Part shown: positions 59,470 through 64,000 of the stretch, one piece after another
How positions within the stretch are numbered: the stretch's first letter is position 1
How the letters are laid out: the number at the start of each line of letters is the position of its first letter
From: an uncultured Bacilli bacterium
GTDB lineage: Bacteria; Bacillota_I; Bacilli_A; RF39; UBA660
Direction of reading: 5' to 3'
Length of the DNA: 64,000 bases
NCBI GenBank assembly: GCA_934167465.1
Contig: CAKPKR010000006.1
Span: 3,299 to 67,298 of the forward strand
The notes under the pieces: model-generated
Told to the model about the DNA's origin: nothing
Seen by the model: the letters and a program-made list of their open reading frames with translations, nothing else
Database searches by the model: none
Made by a program: the position numbers and the translations under genes

Positions 59470-59904
59470 TTATTTTTTCAATTGTTTTTGTTTATTTTTT
59501 TGTAATTCAAAGTTTAATAGATTATATATTTTTACTAGTGTCCATTTATCAATTACACCAGTTGCTAATAGATCTTTTGTATACACGTCTAATGCTAATT
59601 GTTCTAATAATTCTGGTGTTAATTTTTTATTTAATTCTTCAGTATCGACTACATATTTTTTATTAAATATGTGGTTGTAAGCATCTTGTTCTCTATCAGA
59701 TATTTCATATCTATTTTTTTTACATGCTCTAAATGAATCACCAGTTATCACTTCCTCTACTATATCTTCATTTTTAATTTCAAAAATATATAATTCATTT
59801 GTTATAGTAGAGATTGGCCCTCTATTTCCGCCTAAATTTTCACATACATATATTCTACCAATTAATAAATTACTTAATAAATATGTTTCTTTCATTATTA
59901 TCAT
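59470..59904 (-). CDS. hypothetical protein
   Basis: 144-aa ORF. Start may be the fourth codon. No motif recognised. Confidence 0.45.
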   Translation of the reverse strand: MIIMKETYLLSNLLIGRIYVCENLGGNRGPISTITNELYIFEIKNEDIVEEVITGDSFRACKKNRYEISDREQDAYNHIFNKKYVVDTEELNKKLTPELLEQLALDVYTKDLLATGVIDKWTLVKIYNLLNFELQKNKQKQLKK

Positions 59905-59999
59905 CCCTTTGCGAACGTATATTATATCATTTATTTTTTTTATGTCAAATTAATTTCAAAAAATAAAATCAACATTACTGTTGATTTACTGCTTTAAAT

Positions 60000-60076
60000 T
60001 GGTGACCAGTACGAGATTCGAACTCGTGAATGCTGCCGTGAAAGGGCAGTGTGTTAAGCCGCTTCACCAACTGGCC
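60000..60076 (-). tRNA. tRNA-Glu (anticodon UUC)
   Basis: GGCCAGT acceptor, anticodon arm CTGCC-CTTTCAC-GGCAG, T-arm GAGTTCGAATCTC, encoded CCA. Confidence 0.88.
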
Positions 60077-60083
60077 AAAAAAA

Positions 60084-60159
60084 TGGCGCCTAATGTAGGA
60101 CTCGAACCTACGACCTATCGGTTAACAGCCGAGTGCTCTACCAACTGAGCTAATTAGGC
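60084..60159 (-). tRNA. tRNA-Asn (anticodon GUU)
   Basis: GCCTAAT acceptor, D-arm AGCTCAGTTGGTAGAGC, loop CTGTTAA, T-arm GGTTCGAGTCC, encoded CCA. Confidence 0.88.
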
Positions 60160-60273
60160 ACATCTTAATTGCTTAAGACTTTTTAATTATATAATATATT
60201 TTATTTTTATGCAATACCTTTTATGAAAATTTTTTAATATTTTGTAAAGTTTTTTCATAAAGTAATATATATT

Positions 60274-60897
60274 CTATTTTTTCATATATACTTCATATAT
60301 ATTAACAGTTTTAGAATAAGCTTCTAATACTACATAAAATTCACCTGATAAATATGGAACTGATAATTCAATTAAATAATGACCATTATCTAATTTTTTT
60401 GATTGACTACTTCCTATGCATAACGACGTTGTATAACCATAATCAGTTCTTTGTAATGACATTGAATCTGGAGTTGTCATTGTACCTATACTTATATTTT
60501 GATTATCGACTTCAAAATATATTTTACTATAATCAGTTAAATTAACCTTTTTTGATGTTGTTAAATTAGAACTATAGCTTCCACCGGGAGCTACAAATGT
60601 TAAATGATCAGAATTAAGTGTTAATGTTGAGTATTGTGATTGAAATCCTTTTCTCCAACCACCTGTAATATCAGAATATACATTACCTGCTTTATATAAA
60701 TAATACTTAGTTTCATCTTCTATCTTTTTATTATATAACTCATTTAAAGCATCATTTACATTCATACTCGTTCCATCACTGGCATTATATATTACATCAC
60801 TTGCTTTATATGTTGTTATGGCATACACTCCTATACTTGTAAACATTATAGCTGTTAATATAAAAATAAATATTCTACTTTTCATTATTTTTTTCAT
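60274..60897 (-). CDS. secreted protein, conserved-N-terminus family, beta-sandwich-like unique C-terminus
   Basis: MKKIMKSRIFIFILTAIMFTSIGVYA + TYKASDVIYNASDGTSMNVNDALNELY, then a unique 150-aa domain. Confidence 0.8.
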   Translation of the reverse strand: MKKIMKSRIFIFILTAIMFTSIGVYAITTYKASDVIYNASDGTSMNVNDALNELYNKKIEDETKYYLYKAGNVYSDITGGWRKGFQSQYSTLTLNSDHLTFVAPGGSYSSNLTTSKKVNLTDYSKIYFEVDNQNISIGTMTTPDSMSLQRTDYGYTTSLCIGSSQSKKLDNGHYLIELSVPYLSGEFYVVLEAYSKTVNIYEVYMKK

Positions 60898-60921
60898 TAT
60901 AAATCCCTACTTTCTAACAAT

Positions 60922-60952
60922 ATCATACCCCCCCCCCAGACGTAAAAGTCAA
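60922..60952 (-). promoter_or_regulatory. family promoter TTGACT-19-TATGAT with G10 tract in the spacer
   Basis: Minus strand TTGACTtttacgtctGGGGGGGGGGTATGAT, read directly. Confidence 0.6.
60928..60937. repeat. homopolymeric C10 (G10 on coding strand)
   Basis: Counted in the sequence. Confidence 0.95.
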
Positions 60953-61019
60953 GCAGAAATTTTGTTCGTTTTTTATTTTCGCAAATTAATATAGAAAAAA
61001 ATTAGTATTTCTACTAATT

Positions 61020-62753
61020 TTATCTGATCTTTATATGTATTTCTCTTAATTGTTGTTCAGTTAGCTCACTAGGTGACCCCATCATATTATCAGCACCACT
61101 AACACTAGTTGGGAACGCTTGAACTTCTCTTAAATTTGGTTCATCCTTAAGTAACATTATAATTCTATCAATTCCAGGAGCCATACCTGCATGTGGTGGT
61201 GCCCCGAATTGAAAAGCTGTATATAAAGATTTAAATCTTTCTTTAACAGTATCTTCACTATATCCAGCAATTTCAAAAGCTTTTTTCATAATATTAATAT
61301 CATGATTTCTAACAGCCCCAGACGCCATTTCATTACCATTACATACAAAATCGTATTGATATGCTTTAATATCTTCAATATTTTCATTATTTAAGGCATC
61401 TAAACCACCTTGAGGCATACTAAATGGATTGTGACCAAAATCATATTTTCCTTCTTCATTTAATTCAAACATAGGAAAATCATTTATAATACAAAATTCA
61501 AATTTATTTTTATCAATTAAATCTAATTTTCTACCTAGTTCAGTTCTAATTAATCCAGCTTGTTTGCTAGCTATTAATTCATTCTTATCAGCTATAAAGA
61601 ATAAAACACTGCCAACTTTTAAACCTGCTTTATTAATTAAATTTTGTTTGTCTTCATCAGTTAAAAATTTATCAATAGGTCCTTTAAAAGACATATCATC
61701 CATTACAGTAATATAACCAATACCTGGCATATCAATTGATTTAGCATAATCAACTAATTCATTAAACCAAGAATTGGATTTATCAGCAATATTATCAACC
61801 TTAATTCCTCTTACAACTGCACCTCTAAATGGTTTAAAATCAGATGATTCAAAAACATTGCTAATATCAATTATTTCCAAAGGATTTCTTAAATCTGGCT
61901 TATCAGTTCCATATTTTAACAAAGATTCTTTGTAAGGAATTCTTCTAAATGGTCTTTCAGAAACTTCTCGATTACTAAAATTTGTAAAAGTATCATAAAA
62001 GATTTCTTCACCTATTTTATAAACATCTTCTTCAGTTGCAAAACTCATTTCAAAATCCAGTTGATAAAATTCTAAAGTTCTATCACTTCTACAATCTTCA
62101 TCTCTAAAACAAGGTGCGATTTGATAGTATTTATCAAATCCACTAACCATTAATAATTGCTTATAAATTTGAGGTGCTTGAGGTAAAGCATAAAATTTAC
62201 CTTTAAAATTTCTTGAAGGAATAACAAAATCCCTTGCTCCTTCTGGAGAAGAAGCAGAAATAATTGGAGTTTGAACTTCAGTAAATCCTAAAGAATTCAT
62301 TTTATTTCTTAAGTAATTTAATACTTTAGATCTAAAAACAATATTTTCATGAACTTTTTTATTTCTTAAATCTAAATATCTATATTTTAATCTTAAATCA
62401 TCATTTACTTCATGTGAAGTTTTTATTTCAAATGGTAAAGTAGCTGCTTTACTAATTAAATTTAATTCAGAAACTAATAATTCAATAGTACCAGTTTCAA
62501 TATTATTATTGTAATCTTCCTCATTTCTTTTTCTAACTACACCTTTAACAGTAATAGTAGATTCTTTAGAAATGTCTTTAAACATTTCATCATTATTACT
62601 TACCAATTGAATAGTACCAAATTCATCTCTTAAATCCAAAAATAATACACCACCATGGTCTCTTATGTTTTCTACCCAACCAGATAATTTAATTTCTTTT
62701 GAAACATCAGCTTCACTTACTTTTCCACAATAAGTATCTCTATATATATTCAT
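61020..62753 (-). CDS. aspS: aspartate--tRNA ligase (bacterial type)
   Basis: 577 aa with an OB-fold N-terminus, FRDEDCRSDR (motif 2 region) and GAPPHAGMAPGIDR (motif 3). Confidence 0.96.
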   Translation of the reverse strand: MNIYRDTYCGKVSEADVSKEIKLSGWVENIRDHGGVLFLDLRDEFGTIQLVSNNDEMFKDISKESTITVKGVVRKRNEEDYNNNIETGTIELLVSELNLISKAATLPFEIKTSHEVNDDLRLKYRYLDLRNKKVHENIVFRSKVLNYLRNKMNSLGFTEVQTPIISASSPEGARDFVIPSRNFKGKFYALPQAPQIYKQLLMVSGFDKYYQIAPCFRDEDCRSDRTLEFYQLDFEMSFATEEDVYKIGEEIFYDTFTNFSNREVSERPFRRIPYKESLLKYGTDKPDLRNPLEIIDISNVFESSDFKPFRGAVVRGIKVDNIADKSNSWFNELVDYAKSIDMPGIGYITVMDDMSFKGPIDKFLTDEDKQNLINKAGLKVGSVLFFIADKNELIASKQAGLIRTELGRKLDLIDKNKFEFCIINDFPMFELNEEGKYDFGHNPFSMPQGGLDALNNENIEDIKAYQYDFVCNGNEMASGAVRNHDINIMKKAFEIAGYSEDTVKERFKSLYTAFQFGAPPHAGMAPGIDRIIMLLKDEPNLREVQAFPTSVSGADNMMGSPSELTEQQLREIHIKIR

Positions 62754-62762
62754 AAAATTCTC

Positions 62763-64000
62763 CTATCTTTTATTAATTTCTTCTATCATTTTACTTCTAG
62801 CTATGGCAGGATTTGCTTGACCTTTTGTTTTCTTCATTACTTGACCAACTAAGAAATCAACAATATTATCTCTACCAGACCTATAAGTTTCAATAGCATT
62901 AGGTTGTTCATCTAAAACCTCATTTATAACTTTTAATATTTCTTCTTCGCCACCTATTTGTTTAATACCTTTTTCTTTTACTATATCTGTAGGTACTTTG
63001 CTATTTTCCAAGGCATCATATAATACTTCTTTTGCTTGTTTAGATGAAATCTCATTTGTATTAACTAGATTAATTAAATTGCTTAACATTGATGGAGTTA
63101 CAAATAAATCTTTTATTTCCATATTCATTTTATTTAAATGCCCTAAAATTATACTTGTAATCCAGTTAGAAACTGTTTTAGGATCAGCGCCACATTTTAA
63201 AGTTTCCTCAAAATAATCAGAAATATCTTTTTCTTTTACTAATATAGTAGCATCATAGTTAGATAAACCATATTTATCCATATAAATCTCTTTTCTTTGG
63301 TTAGCCAAAACTGGAATTTGTTTTTTGATTTCATCTAACCATTCTTTACTTAATTTGAATTTTGGAATATTTGGTTCAATAAAATATTTATAATCAATTG
63401 CGTCTACCTTACTACGCATATAAATAGTTGTTCCAGATTCTTCATCCCATCTTCTTGTTTCTTGATGAATTTCTGTATCATATGTTCCGTCTTCTTTAGC
63501 TTCTGTTTGTCTTTCAATTTCATAATTAATAGCATCTCTTACTCCACTAAATGAATTTACATTTTTGATTTCAACTTTAGTTCCCCAATTTTTAGAGTCA
63601 CATTCATCTAATGATGCATCCATTATTGAAACATTAACATCACATCTAATTTGTCCTTTTTTACTATCTGCTTCACTTATGTCAGCATATCTATAAATGC
63701 TTCTCATAGTTTCTAGAAAAGCAACGGCTTCATCAGCTGAATGAAAGCAAGGTTCAGTAACTAATTCTAGTAAAGGAACTCCAGCTCTATTATAATCAAT
63801 TGTTGAATATCTAGCATAATGATCAGTACTAGCAGCATCTTCTTCTAAATGGATATTATTGATTTTAGCAATTTTAAATTCGCCATTTACATCATATTTT
63901 AATTCACCATAGATGCCAATAGGCGCTGGCTTAGTTTCTTGTGTAATTTGATAGTTTTTAGGCATATCAGGATAATAATAATTTTTTCTTTCAAAATAAA
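62763..64000 (-). CDS. gatB: Asp/Glu-tRNA amidotransferase subunit B (5' end outside window)
   Basis: YPDMPKNYQITQ.., RCDVNVS, C-terminal GatB/YqeY domain. The frame stays open to the window edge. Confidence 0.93.
   Translation of the reverse strand, partial: YFERKNYYYPDMPKNYQITQETKPAPIGIYGELKYDVNGEFKIAKINNIHLEEDAASTDHYARYSTIDYNRAGVPLLELVTEPCFHSADEAVAFLETMRSIYRYADISEADSKKGQIRCDVNVSIMDASLDECDSKNWGTKVEIKNVNSFSGVRDAINYEIERQTEAKEDGTYDTEIHQETRRWDEESGTTIYMRSKVDAIDYKYFIEPNIPKFKLSKEWLDEIKKQIPVLANQRKEIYMDKYGLSNYDATILVKEKDISDYFEETLKCGADPKTVSNWITSIILGHLNKMNMEIKDLFVTPSMLSNLINLVNTNEISSKQAKEVLYDALENSKVPTDIVKEKGIKQIGGEEEILKVINEVLDEQPNAIETYRSGRDNIVDFLVGQVMKKTKGQANPAIARSKMIEEINKR

Noticed and set aside
1-64000. 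Search for CRISPR arrays, rRNA genes, integrases or recombinases, restriction-modification or known defence enzymes, reverse transcriptases and prophage blocks
   Set aside because: No regularly spaced direct repeats, no rRNA-like G+C-rich blocks, and no ORF with recombinase, methyltransferase, nuclease-helicase or RT motifs were seen. The only mobile DNA found is the decayed IS.

Overview
Very AT-rich chromosomal segment from a low-GC, endospore-forming Bacillota (Firmicutes) genome; supporting marks are cotE, a BclA-like collagen protein, Cheo-type LexA boxes and a T-box. It holds about 60 genes, almost all on the minus strand, in standard genetic code. Core genes: proS, miaB, femAB-ddl-murF, rpsP, tkt, lexA, queH, a nifS-like desulfurase, truB, obg, cobB, cysE, secE-nusG-rplKAJL-rpoBC, recD2, trxA, pheST behind a Phe T-box, aspS and the 3' part of gatB. 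Four tRNAs are present: Lys-CUU, Ser-GCU, Glu-UUC, Asn-GUU. Accessory content sits in small islands. These hold two paralogous HTH-WYL regulators heading small enzyme operons, a collagen-like spore-surface protein and a reversed MazF-like/XRE pair next to tRNA-Lys. They also hold a decayed ISAs1-family IS with intact inverted repeats and target duplication, inside a 2-kb insertion next to tRNA-Ser. Main hunt results: (1) A three-member family of secreted proteins shares a conserved promoter plus N-terminal cassette and has unrelated C-terminal domains. Two members carry a 10-nt poly-G tract inside the promoter spacer, a classic slipped-strand phase-variation design. The third is a decayed copy with a broken tract and an in-frame stop. 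(2) A promoter-to-terminator non-coding unit of about 610 nt, with a G+C-rich core, lies downstream of tkt and is a candidate large structured RNA. (3) A 44-aa membrane peptide gene lies divergent from lexA with a LexA box in its promoter spacer, a candidate SOS division inhibitor. No CRISPR array, rRNA, integrase or recognisable restriction or defence enzyme was seen. All family assignments come from reading the translations, not from searches.
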